Below, in pieces: positions 11,031 to 20,991 of a DNA stretch of 64,000 nt. Under the pieces are notes generated by a model, which searched no databases, was not told where the DNA came from, and saw only the letters and a program-made list of their open reading frames with translations. The stretch is from Patescibacteria group bacterium (GTDB taxonomy: Bacteria; Patescibacteriota; Patescibacteriia; 2-12-FULL-60-25): contig JBDRFZ010000030.1 of assembly GCA_043818395.1 (NCBI GenBank), positions 10,704 through 74,703 on the forward strand, in the 5' to 3' direction. Each line of letters opens with the position of its first letter. Positions within the stretch are counted from its first letter, which is position 1. The position numbers and the translations under genes are program-made.

Positions 11031-11705
11031 ATGTCTGATTTAATATCCAAACCGTCAAAAAATGCTAGGCAGGGCGATGTCACGACTCCGCTAGGAGATG
11101 CTGGTTGGTTTTACAGCGACGCGGTCAAGGAACATTTTTTTAATCCGCAGAATTTTATGACCGATGAAGCGGACTACCAGGATGCAGCCATGGGTATGGT
11201 TGGTAGTCCAGCTTGCGGTGATGTCATGAAAATATGGATAAAAGTTGATCCCGAGTCGCATCGCATTAAAGATTTTAAATGGAAAACATTTGGCTGTGGT
11301 TCGGCTATTGCCTCGACATCAATGCTCTCAGTCATGGTTACAGAGAATGGTGGTATAACTTTGGATGAAGCGCGTGAGATACGGCCACAGGATATTTTAG
11401 AGCGCCTCGGTGGATTACCGGCTCGAAAAATTCACTGTTCGGTTTTAGGTGACAAAGCTTTACGTGCGGCAGTAAATGATTGGTATCGTCGAAACAATGA
11501 GCCTGATAAAATTGAAATCGAACATGGCCGGATTATCGATAAGGTTTTAAAAATTACAGACCAGGATATTGAAGATGCAGTGCTGGAAGGTGCGGATACG
11601 CTCGAAAAAGTGCAAGCCAGAACCAAGGTCGGAACCGGTGATCCGTCATGCCTGCCCGAAGTTGAACAATTAATTAGATTTTATCGTGAAAAATATTGCG
11701 AATAA
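11031..11705 (+). CDS. nifU: Fe-S cluster scaffold NifU (IscU-like N-domain plus BFD-like [2Fe-2S] middle domain)
   Basis: GSPACGDVMKIW, FGCGSAIASTS and KIHCSVLG scaffold cysteines, plus the C-terminal KVGTGDPSCLPEV motif. Confidence 0.85.
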   Translation: MSDLISKPSKNARQGDVTTPLGDAGWFYSDAVKEHFFNPQNFMTDEADYQDAAMGMVGSPACGDVMKIWIKVDPESHRIKDFKWKTFGCGSAIASTSMLSVMVTENGGITLDEAREIRPQDILERLGGLPARKIHCSVLGDKALRAAVNDWYRRNNEPDKIEIEHGRIIDKVLKITDQDIEDAVLEGADTLEKVQARTKVGTGDPSCLPEVEQLIRFYREKYCE

Positions 11706-11706
11706 T

Positions 11707-11949
11707 ATGCCAGAAAAAAAACCAATCAAAATTTCCAAAATCGTAGTTGATCGCGAGTTGTGTATCGGCGCCGGTCCGTGTGTAACGGTTGCGCCTGGCG
11801 TATTTCAGCTGGACGAAGATAATAAGGCCATAATAATTGATGCCAAAGGAGCGGATGATGATACAATTCTTTTAGCCGCGCAATCCTGCCCGGTTCAGGC
11901 GATTTCTTTATTCGACGAAGACGGCAATCAGATTTATCCGGAGGTGTAG
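11707..11949 (+). CDS. small [4Fe-4S]/[3Fe-4S] ferredoxin
   Basis: VDRELCIGAGPCV ... SCPVQAI cysteine pattern. 80 aa counted from MPEKKPIK. Confidence 0.7.
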   Translation: MPEKKPIKISKIVVDRELCIGAGPCVTVAPGVFQLDEDNKAIIIDAKGADDDTILLAAQSCPVQAISLFDEDGNQIYPEV

Positions 11950-11988
11950 CCGTAGGGGCGCGGTTTCCGTATTTTTTTTGTAAAAAAG

Positions 11989-12019
11989 AGCCCCGCTTCG
12001 GTTAAACCGTTACGGGGCT
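11989..12019. terminator. GC hairpin between convergent genes
   Basis: AGCCCCG (11989-11995) pairs with CGGGGCT (12013-12019). An A-run lies to the left, which is a T-run on the minus strand, so it best fits termination of the minus-strand 12071 gene. Confidence 0.5.
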
Positions 12020-12070
12020 TTGATGTAGGGGCGCGATTTATTGCGCCTGTCATAAAGTGCGCGAAAGGCG

Positions 12071-13525
12071 TTATCCCTTGTAAGGATTGGGAGGACGAGG
12101 TGGCGGTTTCACGGCCGGTTTTTGTGTGGTGGAATCGCTGTCCGCTTTGTGTAGCCTCTCCATCTCATCCTTCAATTGGCGTTTGATTTTTGGGTCCAGT
12201 TCCCATTTGGCCGTTTGGTTGAAAGGCGATTTCCTGCTTGAGTAGGAACGTCCGGATTGCGGACCAGGAGTCGTTTTTTTGACCAAAGGCATACTGACCG
12301 GAGCGGGCCTGTCCGGCTTGTCCACCGAATCGGGCAGAGCTCTCGTAAGCGGAACTGAATCTGTAGAAGGCGGAGCGCTGTCTAATGGCTGATGCGTTTG
12401 GACTTCGTCGAGCGGCGGAACGGTCGGTGCTTCACGAATATCTTCCGGCGGAACCGTATCACCGAGTTTGCCGTTTGTTCGCGGTTCTTCATTCCAAACA
12501 TCTTCGAAGGCGCTATCCAGATCATCGCCGAGGGGCATGGTTTCTCGCAGGATTTGCCGGTCCTGTTCCGTAATCCCGAGCCTGTCAAGCGTAATACCCA
12601 GAACGGCCAGACCTCCCTGGATATTCATGAACAGATCGCCTACTCGAGTGAAATAGTCGCTCGCCCTTTCACTGGCTTCTTGCATGATCGTCGCATGCTC
12701 TTCGAGCAACTCGTAATTATCCCTGGCCGCGCGTTTGGCTTGCGCGCGAGCGGCTTCGAGCTGTTCTTCCAACTCGGCGATTCGCCGGTCCTTTGATCCA
12801 TCCGTTTTTTCCTGGAGCTTCTCTGTTTCGCACGTTTTGGCTTGCAGTGCAGCCGTCAGGCTCTGGTTTTGAGCCTCATATTCCAGTATTCGCTTCTTAA
12901 GCTTAGGTAGCGCGGCGTAGGCTCGGGTCAGGGCTTCAAAGATTTTGTCCGGCGAAACGTCCAAGCCTTCTTGTTTCATGAGCTGAGCCGCGTATTTGAT
13001 GAAGGGCGACTGAATTTTGTACGCCAAACGCAGACTAACTAAAGATCGTTGAGCCTGGCGCCTGGCCTCGAAATGGATTTCCGCGATCAGACCATTCCGT
13101 TTGAGAAGCTGAATGTGCTCCTGCGTGGTGATCCAGACCACGGTTGCCTTGGCAGCTACGATCACCGTGACGTCAGCCGGATCATTGGCGTAGTTCGGGA
13201 ACAACGCCTGGACAAAGGCGACGCCGCCCGATCCGATGGTAGCGACCGTGTGCGTCTGATGACCCTCGGTCGTGGCGTAGTGCGTCTGGCGTTCATGAAG
13301 TTCGCCCTGTAGTACGAAGGCGGCGCATGGATTTTGCAGTCGCACGCCTTCTTGAATCAAGATTGTCCCCGTAGCGTAATCTTGTGGGGTCGGCAATCGA
13401 CCCTGGCTTGATTTCTGAAGTCGCCCATATTCCATCGCGACATTTAGATGGATGACCGCCCCGCCAGAAGCCTGGGCGACGGGTCGCGGAATAGCCGGAA
13501 AAGCAGATATTGGTTTATCGCTCAT
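12071..13525 (-). CDS. GC-rich hypothetical protein: cNMP-binding-like N-domain, coiled coil, Pro-rich tail
   Basis: Long ORF whose composition is clearly more GC-rich than its flanks. The GGAGA SD precedes MSDKPISAF. The N-terminal beta-roll-like segment (GTILIQEGV ... FVLQGEL) is only weakly reminiscent of cyclic-nucleotide-binding domains. The middle is heptad-rich. Confidence 0.55.
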   Translation of the reverse strand: MSDKPISAFPAIPRPVAQASGGAVIHLNVAMEYGRLQKSSQGRLPTPQDYATGTILIQEGVRLQNPCAAFVLQGELHERQTHYATTEGHQTHTVATIGSGGVAFVQALFPNYANDPADVTVIVAAKATVVWITTQEHIQLLKRNGLIAEIHFEARRQAQRSLVSLRLAYKIQSPFIKYAAQLMKQEGLDVSPDKIFEALTRAYAALPKLKKRILEYEAQNQSLTAALQAKTCETEKLQEKTDGSKDRRIAELEEQLEAARAQAKRAARDNYELLEEHATIMQEASERASDYFTRVGDLFMNIQGGLAVLGITLDRLGITEQDRQILRETMPLGDDLDSAFEDVWNEEPRTNGKLGDTVPPEDIREAPTVPPLDEVQTHQPLDSAPPSTDSVPLTRALPDSVDKPDRPAPVSMPLVKKTTPGPQSGRSYSSRKSPFNQTAKWELDPKIKRQLKDEMERLHKADSDSTTQKPAVKPPPRPPNPYKG

Positions 13526-13668
13526 GTTTCTTCTCCATTGGTTGGGTTGTAAAGACCGAACCAAATGTCTTACCCGTTTTTGGCGGGTTTGTCAACCCGG
13601 CGCACATTAAATAATACGAATTTTAGGCCGTTTCGTGACAGTTTTAGTCAAATTAGCACTAGAATAAG

Positions 13669-14865
13669 CTACTTTTTCTCTAAGATTACAATTCGTCGCA
13701 TTACGCGTTGTCCGAGACGGTGATAAAGGAGTGGGTCGTCTGAATCATCCCAACCCCGGAGTGGGTTTAATATTTTATATCGTTGTAATAATTTTTCGTC
13801 GCTGGATAGATCGACTCTAGCCGTACCATGCGAGGTCTTGAATGATGGCCAGATGCATACCAATCGTGCTTTTGGTTTTAGAATGGGGAGCAGGGCTTCG
13901 TAGGTTTCCCGCCAAAGATTTGAAATTTTTAAAACGTTATCTTTGAGTGTCTCTCGCGTTTCATCACCTGAAAGCGGGGGACCGAGATAGCCCTCGGTAA
14001 TCACGGCGTCAATTTTTTTATCTATGGTTTTTTGCAGCGTTCGCGCATCAGCTTTTTTTATCAAAAATTTATCCTGATCATTTGCGGTTAATATTTTTTT
14101 CTTTATTAACCACGAGATGTTGTTTTTGGAATATTGAATTTGTTTGTCATCAATATCTGTTCCTATGATTAAATCAGTATCAGTTGCCAAGGCGGCTTCC
14201 ATGAGGATCGTTCCACAGCCGCAAAATGGATCGATGATCGTATCGCCCGATTCTACTCGCGCTAGATTTACTATTATGCGCGCAAGTTTTGGTGGTAGCA
14301 TGCCCGAGACAGAATCACGTGCCGGCCGGCCGAAATCGCGCAAGCTCCAGGCATCCGCATCCTGCACCTGCGTGGTAACACCGATCGAAATAGTTTTGCT
14401 ATCAATGAAGAGACAAATATCCGTTCCCCGTTCGATCATATCGAGTTTAGCTACAGCCGCCGGTGCGATATTTGTTCCTTCTTTGCCACATACCCAGCGT
14501 GCGGGCAGACCCATGGCTTTGATTTCCTTTTTCACTTTAATTCCCAAATCCACGAACTTTTTTTTATTCGCGTCTTTACTTGCATAAACGGTTAAACCAA
14601 AATTTACAGCTTTGTTTTTTGTTCCGGCTGTTATGATTTCTGTTACGAGTTTTGTATTGAAATCAACTAAATCCACTTTCTTTATGATATCTCCCAGTTT
14701 AACCAGACCGCCAAGTTTATTATTTAAAAAGGCATCATCCCAGGATGGATCGTCAAAGATTGCAGTCGGACCAAATAGTTCCGGGGTTTGCAGATTCGGC
14801 TTAACGGCGCGAAGTTCCGCCAATGAAATACGCGGATGCGAGCCGAAAATAAAGAAATGTAACAT
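13669..14865 (-). CDS. THUMP/UPF0020-type RNA (or N6-adenine) methyltransferase
   Basis: SAM motif I (IIDPFCGCGTILMEAA) and a downstream VITEGYLGPP motif IV-like segment. Composition is AT-rich like the backbone. Confidence 0.6.
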   Translation of the reverse strand: MLHFFIFGSHPRISLAELRAVKPNLQTPELFGPTAIFDDPSWDDAFLNNKLGGLVKLGDIIKKVDLVDFNTKLVTEIITAGTKNKAVNFGLTVYASKDANKKKFVDLGIKVKKEIKAMGLPARWVCGKEGTNIAPAAVAKLDMIERGTDICLFIDSKTISIGVTTQVQDADAWSLRDFGRPARDSVSGMLPPKLARIIVNLARVESGDTIIDPFCGCGTILMEAALATDTDLIIGTDIDDKQIQYSKNNISWLIKKKILTANDQDKFLIKKADARTLQKTIDKKIDAVITEGYLGPPLSGDETRETLKDNVLKISNLWRETYEALLPILKPKARLVCIWPSFKTSHGTARVDLSSDEKLLQRYKILNPLRGWDDSDDPLLYHRLGQRVMRRIVILEKK

Positions 14866-15083
14866 GGGCGTATTTTACACCATTGACAGACCTGGGTAAC
14901 TTGACATTCGGCATAATGTATGATGGATTTAAGCATTCCCTTAAAATAGGGAATGCCGAGTCTCGAGGTTGTTATTTCAGCTGAAATCAAATAAGACCCG
15001 GGACAGGTCGATCCTTACAATTGAAGGCAGTGGTAAGCAAGTCCGCCGCTTAAAAGAGCGGACAGTCACTAGTGGAGGAAACC

Positions 15084-17687
15084 ATGGATAAGAGGAAACA
15101 CGGGAGATATCGTTTCTTCCGGCCGGCCATAGGGGCTATGCTGGTATTTTTGGCCTTGGCCTACGCGCGTCCTGCTTCGGCGGAGTATCCCGTGCCTTTA
15201 GAGGGGCGGGACTTCTTCATGAAGAAGGGGCCTAAATCCACCTCTCTCTATGTAGAGATCGGGATGAGGTGGATGTGGTCCCCGAATTTCGCACTTGTCA
15301 TAAGCAAAAAGATCGGGAAACCGGTCACGACTTATGACATTCGGCGCGACAACCCCGAGAAGACCATCGCCTTGTGCCAGAAGCCCGGGGACGGATTCTA
15401 TCTTGGTACAAGCAAAAATCATACCAGCAGATCCTCGGATGCTGTCTGGTCCGATTGCCCGGAAGATAAAAGGTATGTGTATCTTTTGCCCAAGATAGTG
15501 CTAGAGATAACAGGTTTCAAGCACGTGACCATCGAGACAAAGCTCGAGGTGGCCGAAGCACTCGAAAAATGTGCGGATGCCGCCTGCGTGCAGGAGGGTT
15601 TGAACAAGCTGGGCAACCAGCTCAAGCTCTCATCTGTATCGTCGGCCGCGTCAGCTTCTCCGGAGCCGGTAACGCCTTCGGCGTCGGATACGACGCCAAA
15701 GACTACCTCGATCACGCCGGCAAGCGTTCCATCAGCGAACGTTGCGGTTGATTCCGAAGCCGCGGGCAAGGAGGGGCAGGATGCCTCACAACCGATTCCA
15801 GCCGCCGCAGTTCAGACTCCGGCTCAGAAAGGCGTGGATTTTTCGGACTACAGGCTTTGGCTCTTTGGAGCGCTGACCATGGCCATCGGGCTAGTCGTCG
15901 GCAGGCGTCGCAAGAAGCCCGCCAAATCCGAGGCCAAAATTGCAACCGAGTCCGGGAGCAAGACTGCGACTAAGGGCACGGAAGATGGTTTTGATCCCAC
16001 GAAGACGCTCGTGCAGACTCTTCTCAAGGAAGAGAATCGACAGGATAGCAAAAAGGCGTCAAAGCAGAAGGCAATACTCCTGAAGCAGCTTTTGCGACTG
16101 GGTGTGAAGAGCGTGGATGAAAAGTCCTCGTTTCTTGCCCTGGTGGCGGCGTTGAGCGATCTTTCGGCTGTTTCGAAAAACACTGAGAAGCTTGCCAGGG
16201 AAGCTGGTGACCTTCGCGACCATCTGATTCGCCACGGTGCGAAGTCCGATGAGTCACTCGAGAGCATGTGGCTTTCCGCTACAGCGCAACACAAGGACGA
16301 GACAGCACAAAAGGTTGTGGTCATCAAAGCGCAGCTGGTTCGTGAAAAGGAAGAGGCGGTCGAGCTTGTTCGTTCCGCCAATCCTGATCAGTCGGCGAAG
16401 ATCTCCGAACTCGAAACGCAAATCCATGAGATCGAAGCCGAAAAGAACGATGCGCTTTCTGGTCTGCATGTACTGCTTCACGGTCTCTCCGATGATCCGG
16501 GAAATCCGGCTCTGTCTTCGGATAAACCGGCTGAGCTCGTGGAGGCCATCAGTGGCCTCATCGGGAGGCACGTAGCCGCGAAGGATGCGGAGATCGAAAA
16601 AATCCGCACCCCATTGGTCGAAGCGGCGCGAAGACCTTATATCTCGGTAGGACTTCAAGACACGGATGGCGAGCCCGTTTCGACCGTTGCCCTCGCGTTT
16701 CTTGTACTGAACAAGTACGAGGAAATCGCGGGTCAGGTTGTGCCGGACTTGTTGAGCTGGCTCGATGACCTATATCCGGAGGCGGATGAGCCGCCGCCGC
16801 AGATCTCTTCTGATCAACCGCGGGCGATCATCGAGGCCTTGAGATCCCGGGTATCCGGGAAGCTGGAAGCTCTGGAAGCTGAAATTGACGCTGTGATAGA
16901 GAATGGAGCGGTTGAGTGTCGTGATCTTTACGACCAGCTCAACGTCCTTAATCTTCGCATGCGGGAGATCGAAGCTCGGTTCCAGGAGCTTGACCCGGAA
17001 AGCGCTACTGACAATCAGGAGCTCGCTGACTTGCTTAAAGAGCAGAGCGATATCAGGGCTGATGCAGAGCTTCTTCTGGACCGGTTTGAGGGTGTTCACG
17101 AGCGCGTGGCTGGTTTCCGTGTCTTCGATACGGACTTACTACGGACCGCAATGGAACGGCTAACCAGGGACCTCGAAAAGTCTCACCAGAGCAGGATCGC
17201 TGTTCTGGAAGGGCACATTGAGGATCTCGAGAGCCGCTTGCAACTCTCTGAAGAAGAGCAACAGGTTGCCCTAAGGGCTACGAACAAGAGTCCTCGACCC
17301 ACGTATGCGTGGGGCTCGAATTCGCAGCAAACTGTTCAGATTGAGCCGACCATGAGCGGTGCACTCGACGTTCTAAACCAGTTGCTCTGTAACGGATCGT
17401 CTCTCACGCTTAAGGACTGGCCCACGCTCAGGGACTGGCTGGTGTTGCAGAGCACGCCGGTCAACATCGAGCCGGATGCGCTCCGAAACACGGAACTCGA
17501 CAGAGATACAGTCGACAGTGCGCTTGGCAAGGTGACAAACCTGTCCAGGCTTCAGGGATGCCGTCTGGAAACTTTGCGTGAAACCATCGGAGCAATCATT
17601 GGTAGCAAAGAGACGCTTCCCAAGTTTCGCGGCGGTACATTGAGGCCGCCCGCTTTCGTCCATATGACGGGTCTTTCTCCACGGTGA
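15084..17687 (+). CDS. GC-rich secreted/membrane-anchored coiled-coil protein
   Basis: GGAGGA SD then ATG at 15084. Signal peptide (LVFLALAYARPASA), an Ala/Pro/Ser-rich linker, the transmembrane helix LWLFGALTMAIGLVVG followed by RRRKK, then about 580 aa of heptad-rich sequence. Confidence 0.55.
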   Translation: MDKRKHGRYRFFRPAIGAMLVFLALAYARPASAEYPVPLEGRDFFMKKGPKSTSLYVEIGMRWMWSPNFALVISKKIGKPVTTYDIRRDNPEKTIALCQKPGDGFYLGTSKNHTSRSSDAVWSDCPEDKRYVYLLPKIVLEITGFKHVTIETKLEVAEALEKCADAACVQEGLNKLGNQLKLSSVSSAASASPEPVTPSASDTTPKTTSITPASVPSANVAVDSEAAGKEGQDASQPIPAAAVQTPAQKGVDFSDYRLWLFGALTMAIGLVVGRRRKKPAKSEAKIATESGSKTATKGTEDGFDPTKTLVQTLLKEENRQDSKKASKQKAILLKQLLRLGVKSVDEKSSFLALVAALSDLSAVSKNTEKLAREAGDLRDHLIRHGAKSDESLESMWLSATAQHKDETAQKVVVIKAQLVREKEEAVELVRSANPDQSAKISELETQIHEIEAEKNDALSGLHVLLHGLSDDPGNPALSSDKPAELVEAISGLIGRHVAAKDAEIEKIRTPLVEAARRPYISVGLQDTDGEPVSTVALAFLVLNKYEEIAGQVVPDLLSWLDDLYPEADEPPPQISSDQPRAIIEALRSRVSGKLEALEAEIDAVIENGAVECRDLYDQLNVLNLRMREIEARFQELDPESATDNQELADLLKEQSDIRADAELLLDRFEGVHERVAGFRVFDTDLLRTAMERLTRDLEKSHQSRIAVLEGHIEDLESRLQLSEEEQQVALRATNKSPRPTYAWGSNSQQTVQIEPTMSGALDVLNQLLCNGSSLTLKDWPTLRDWLVLQSTPVNIEPDALRNTELDRDTVDSALGKVTNLSRLQGCRLETLRETIGAIIGSKETLPKFRGGTLRPPAFVHMTGLSPR

Positions 17688-17728
17688 CAATCTCTTCCAC
17701 GGTGACAAACCGCCTTCCACGGTGACAA
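17679..17728 (+). repeat. three direct copies of CCACGGTGACAA (spacing 18 and 20 bp)
   Basis: Copies start at 17679, 17697 and 17717. The first contains the TGA stop of the upstream gene. Two GC hairpins follow at about 17741-17756 and 17763-17786. Confidence 0.85.
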
Positions 17729-17969
17729 TCTTTCTTAACTGCCGGAATCTTCCGGCTTCGCAAGGCGCCCCAGCTAGCTCGGGCGCCTTTTGCTTTTATT
17801 TATTCCAGATGGGCTTTAAATCTTGACTGGCTGGCAAAAAAGGAGTAAGGTTTTTTTACTTAAAATATTAATTTCACGCTTGTCCGCACCCCCTTTCGCT
17901 AAAGCTTCGGGAGGTGGTTCATCCGATTGATGCAAAGCGCATCTTCGGGGGATCCGATCGTGAAAAGTT

Positions 17970-18536
17970 ATGACAAAACAGTACGAACTGCTTTATATAA
18001 TTCCCGCGACTTTTACCGATGATGACGTGGGAGGTATCGAATCGAATGTCAAAGCGCTTCTCGAAAAATACGGCGCTACTATCGATTCGACCGAAAGACT
18101 GGGGAAGTTTAAATTTGCCTACCCTATAAAAAAAGTACGGCACGGGCACTATATTCAGGTGCGTTTTACGGCAGACGGCGACTCTTTAGCCAAGATAGAT
18201 GAAGCTCTGCGTATATCGCCGGAAGTTTTACGTCAATTGATTTTACGCGCCGATGAAGTCGGAAGCGAAAAATATGAGCTCATCCAGTTCACGGAAGTGA
18301 ATTTGGATAATAAAGAGTCCGATGACAGGCCCAGACGCCGTCGCGAAGACAGCGGAGATGCATCGTCGGAATCAAAAGACGATCGCAAGGCCGAAATATC
18401 ATCCGGCGTAGCCGTGCTCGAAGGTGAAAAAAAAGATGACGCGTCTAAAGATGAAGCGCCTGCGGTTAAAATTTCAGCCGAGGAATTGGATAAAAAAATT
18501 GACTCAGCTTTAAAAGATAACGCAGAAAAAATATGA
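17970..18536 (+). CDS. rpsF: 30S ribosomal protein bS6 with a long acidic C-terminal extension
   Basis: YELLYIIPATF ... GKFKFAYPIKKVRHGHYIQVRF is a classic S6 core. Sits in the rpsF-ssb-rpsR arrangement. Confidence 0.9.
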   Translation: MTKQYELLYIIPATFTDDDVGGIESNVKALLEKYGATIDSTERLGKFKFAYPIKKVRHGHYIQVRFTADGDSLAKIDEALRISPEVLRQLILRADEVGSEKYELIQFTEVNLDNKESDDRPRRRREDSGDASSESKDDRKAEISSGVAVLEGEKKDDASKDEAPAVKISAEELDKKIDSALKDNAEKI

Positions 18537-18973
18537 ATTTAAATCGCGCCATGATTATCGGTAATCTGACCCGGGATCCGGAGATGCGGACAACCACGAA
18601 CGGCCAAAATGTCTGCTCGTTTTCCGTCGCTACTTCGTCACAATGGGTAAATGCACAGGGAGTCAAACAGGAACGTACCGAGTATCATCCTATTGTTGCC
18701 TGGGGTAAGTTGGCGGAAATCTGTTCGCAGTATTTAGCCAAAGGCCGAAAAGTTTATATCGAAGGAAGGCTACAGACGCGTGAATGGGAGGGACAGGATG
18801 GCAACAAGCGCCAGCGCACCGAAATCGTAGCTGAAAATATGATCATGTTGGATCGCGCGCCGGCGGCCGGCTTGCAATCCGGCACGATCGGTTCCCAGGT
18901 ATCGGCGACAGAACCTACGATAGAAAAAGTACCGGCTGAAACAGAGATAAAGCTTGAAGACATTCCTTTTTAA
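18533..18973 (+). CDS. ssb: single-stranded DNA-binding protein
   Basis: MNLNRAMIIGNLTRDPEMR OB-fold start and an acidic C-terminal tip ending in DIPF. ATGA overlap with rpsF. Confidence 0.9.
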   Translation: MNLNRAMIIGNLTRDPEMRTTTNGQNVCSFSVATSSQWVNAQGVKQERTEYHPIVAWGKLAEICSQYLAKGRKVYIEGRLQTREWEGQDGNKRQRTEIVAENMIMLDRAPAAGLQSGTIGSQVSATEPTIEKVPAETEIKLEDIPF

Positions 18974-19002
18974 TCCAATAGTTGAAAGCAAAGATATTAA
19001 AT

Positions 19003-19224
19003 ATGCACCACAAGAAAGTAATCGACAGACAGTGCGCTTTTTGCCGCGCTAATTTGGAAGCCGTAAATTATAAAGACACCAATACCTTGCGCCGGTATCT
19101 TTCATCATTCGGTAAAATCGTTTCACGCAAGCGTTCCGGCGTATGTGTTTGGCATCAACGAAAACTATCCAGCGCGATAAAAAGGGCGAGATTCATGGCG
19201 CTTTTGCCGTACGTCGTCCAATAA
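19003..19224 (+). CDS. rpsR: 30S ribosomal protein bS18
   Basis: CAFC ... YKDTNTLRRYLSSFGKIVSRKRSG ... HQRKLSSAIKRARFMALLPY. Start taken at MHHKKV. Confidence 0.9.
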   Translation: MHHKKVIDRQCAFCRANLEAVNYKDTNTLRRYLSSFGKIVSRKRSGVCVWHQRKLSSAIKRARFMALLPYVVQ

Positions 19225-19234
19225 AAAATAAAAA

Positions 19235-19265
19235 ACGACCTGCTCTTGAGCGGGTCGTTTTTTAT
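19235..19265 (+). terminator. rho-independent terminator after rpsR
   Basis: A 9-bp stem (ACGACCTGC pairing with GCGGGTCGT), a 6-nt loop and a T-run. Confidence 0.7.
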
Positions 19266-19300
19266 TTGTATTCTTGCTTCGGTTGGCAGCGCGTGGTTCC

Positions 19301-20335
19301 ATGGGAGAGAAAATGAATATGGATTTGGAAAAAATTAAAACGCGATCAGTGATCGTTAAATTAATTCGCCGTTGGTTCGATGAGCGCGGATTTTTAGAAA
19401 TGCATACGCCTCGCTTGGTCGGTTTGCCCGGTCAGGAACCGCATCTCGACCCGTTCTGGACAGAGGTTTTCACCCCGTCGCTCACCGCTCATCGTTCATC
19501 GTTTCCCGCCGCCCTCATTACTTCCCCCGAATATATGATGAAGCGGCTGCTCGCCGAGGGTTTGGATAAAATTTATGACCTTGGTCCTTGTTTTCGCAAC
19601 AACGAACCATGGGACGGTACACATGATCCGGAATTTTTAATGCTTGAATGGTATAGGTGCGAAGCAGGTCTCGAGGATTTGATGTGTGATACCGAAGAAA
19701 TGATCCGTTTTGTTTTTCATGAGCTACGCGCTACGGGTTACACGCTACGCACTGAACCCTTCCGACGCTTGACCGTCGAAGAAGCCTGGCGCGAATATTC
19801 GAGAATTGAGTTAGCTCCTTTACTTGAGAATCGTGAAGCTATGGCAAAGGTTGTTAAAGAACATAATCAAACTGTGTTGCCTGGTGATTCTTGGGATGAT
19901 TTGTTTTTTAAGATTTTTTTATCTGAAATTGAACCGTGTCTTGGGAAAAAAGTCCCTACGTTTCTTTATTGCTACCCTGCTAATATGGCTGCCTTGGCAC
20001 GCAAATCGGTAGACGATCCGCGTTGGGCTGAAAGAGTTGAGCTTTATATTGGCGATTTTGAACTCGCGAACGGCTTTGCTGAATTGTCTGATTCGATCGA
20101 ACAACGCGCAAGATTCGAAGAAGAGCGCATTCTGCGTCATAAGCTTGGAAAGAAAATTTGGAATTTTGACGAACGCTTCCTCTCATCTCTTTCTAAAATG
20201 GGCAACGCTGCGGGCATGGCTTTTGGAGTAGACCGCTTGGTCATGCTTTTAACCGGTGCGAAATCAATCAACGAAATATTGCCGGAGAGCGCTCGAGAGA
20301 GGTTTGAGGAACAGCTTCTTGACGGAAGGCTTTAA
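19301..20335 (+). CDS. epmA: EF-P lysine-lysyltransferase (truncated class II LysRS paralog, GenX/PoxA)
   Basis: Class II aaRS motifs (FLEMHTP; DLGPCFRNNE; FELANGFAEL; GMAFGVDRLVM). Lacks an anticodon-binding domain and sits next to efp. The exact start among three nearby Met codons is uncertain. Confidence 0.8.
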   Translation: MGEKMNMDLEKIKTRSVIVKLIRRWFDERGFLEMHTPRLVGLPGQEPHLDPFWTEVFTPSLTAHRSSFPAALITSPEYMMKRLLAEGLDKIYDLGPCFRNNEPWDGTHDPEFLMLEWYRCEAGLEDLMCDTEEMIRFVFHELRATGYTLRTEPFRRLTVEEAWREYSRIELAPLLENREAMAKVVKEHNQTVLPGDSWDDLFFKIFLSEIEPCLGKKVPTFLYCYPANMAALARKSVDDPRWAERVELYIGDFELANGFAELSDSIEQRARFEEERILRHKLGKKIWNFDERFLSSLSKMGNAAGMAFGVDRLVMLLTGAKSINEILPESARERFEEQLLDGRL

Positions 20336-20411
20336 ATCGCTCAAACTCCGAATAAGTTGTAAAGCAAATAGAAAAGTTATTGCTTATTTTTTAAACTGAT
20401 AACGTCCAATT

Positions 20412-20972
20412 ATGTCTTCTCCATCGGAAATCAAAAAAGGCTGTGTGATCCGCGACAATAATGAATTGTGGGTTGTGACCGAGTTCCAGCATATTAATCC
20501 TGGCAAGGGCGCGGCTTTTGTGCGGACTCGAGTAAAAAATGCCAAAACCGGACGTTCATTGGAACGCACCTACAAAGTTTCTGAATCCGTGGATTTGGTT
20601 GATATGGAATATCGCAACATGCAATATTTGTATCATGATTCAACCGGTTATACTTTTATGGATAGTGCGAATTATGAGCAGGTGACTATGAGTGATGATG
20701 ATGTGGGAGATCAAGGAAAATATTTGAAAGAAAGTTTGGATGTTACACTTTCCATGTACGAAGGAAATCCGATCGCGCTTCAGATGCCGCGCAAGATGAA
20801 ATTTAAAATCATTGAAACCATGCCGGCCGTGAAAGGTGATACGGCTAGCGGCAATGTGACCAAGGAGGCTAAGGTCGATGCCGGCTCCACGGTCCGCGTA
20901 CCGATTTTTATGAAGGAAGGCGAGGAAATCATCGTCAACACCGATACCGGAGAATACGTGGAAAGAGCGTAA
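20412..20972 (+). CDS. efp: elongation factor P
   Basis: VVTEFQHINPGKGAAFVRTRVKN with the modifiable Lys in PGKG. 186 aa. Confidence 0.95.
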   Translation: MSSPSEIKKGCVIRDNNELWVVTEFQHINPGKGAAFVRTRVKNAKTGRSLERTYKVSESVDLVDMEYRNMQYLYHDSTGYTFMDSANYEQVTMSDDDVGDQGKYLKESLDVTLSMYEGNPIALQMPRKMKFKIIETMPAVKGDTASGNVTKEAKVDAGSTVRVPIFMKEGEEIIVNTDTGEYVERA

Positions 20973-20991
20973 GCCTGCAAAATGTAACACA

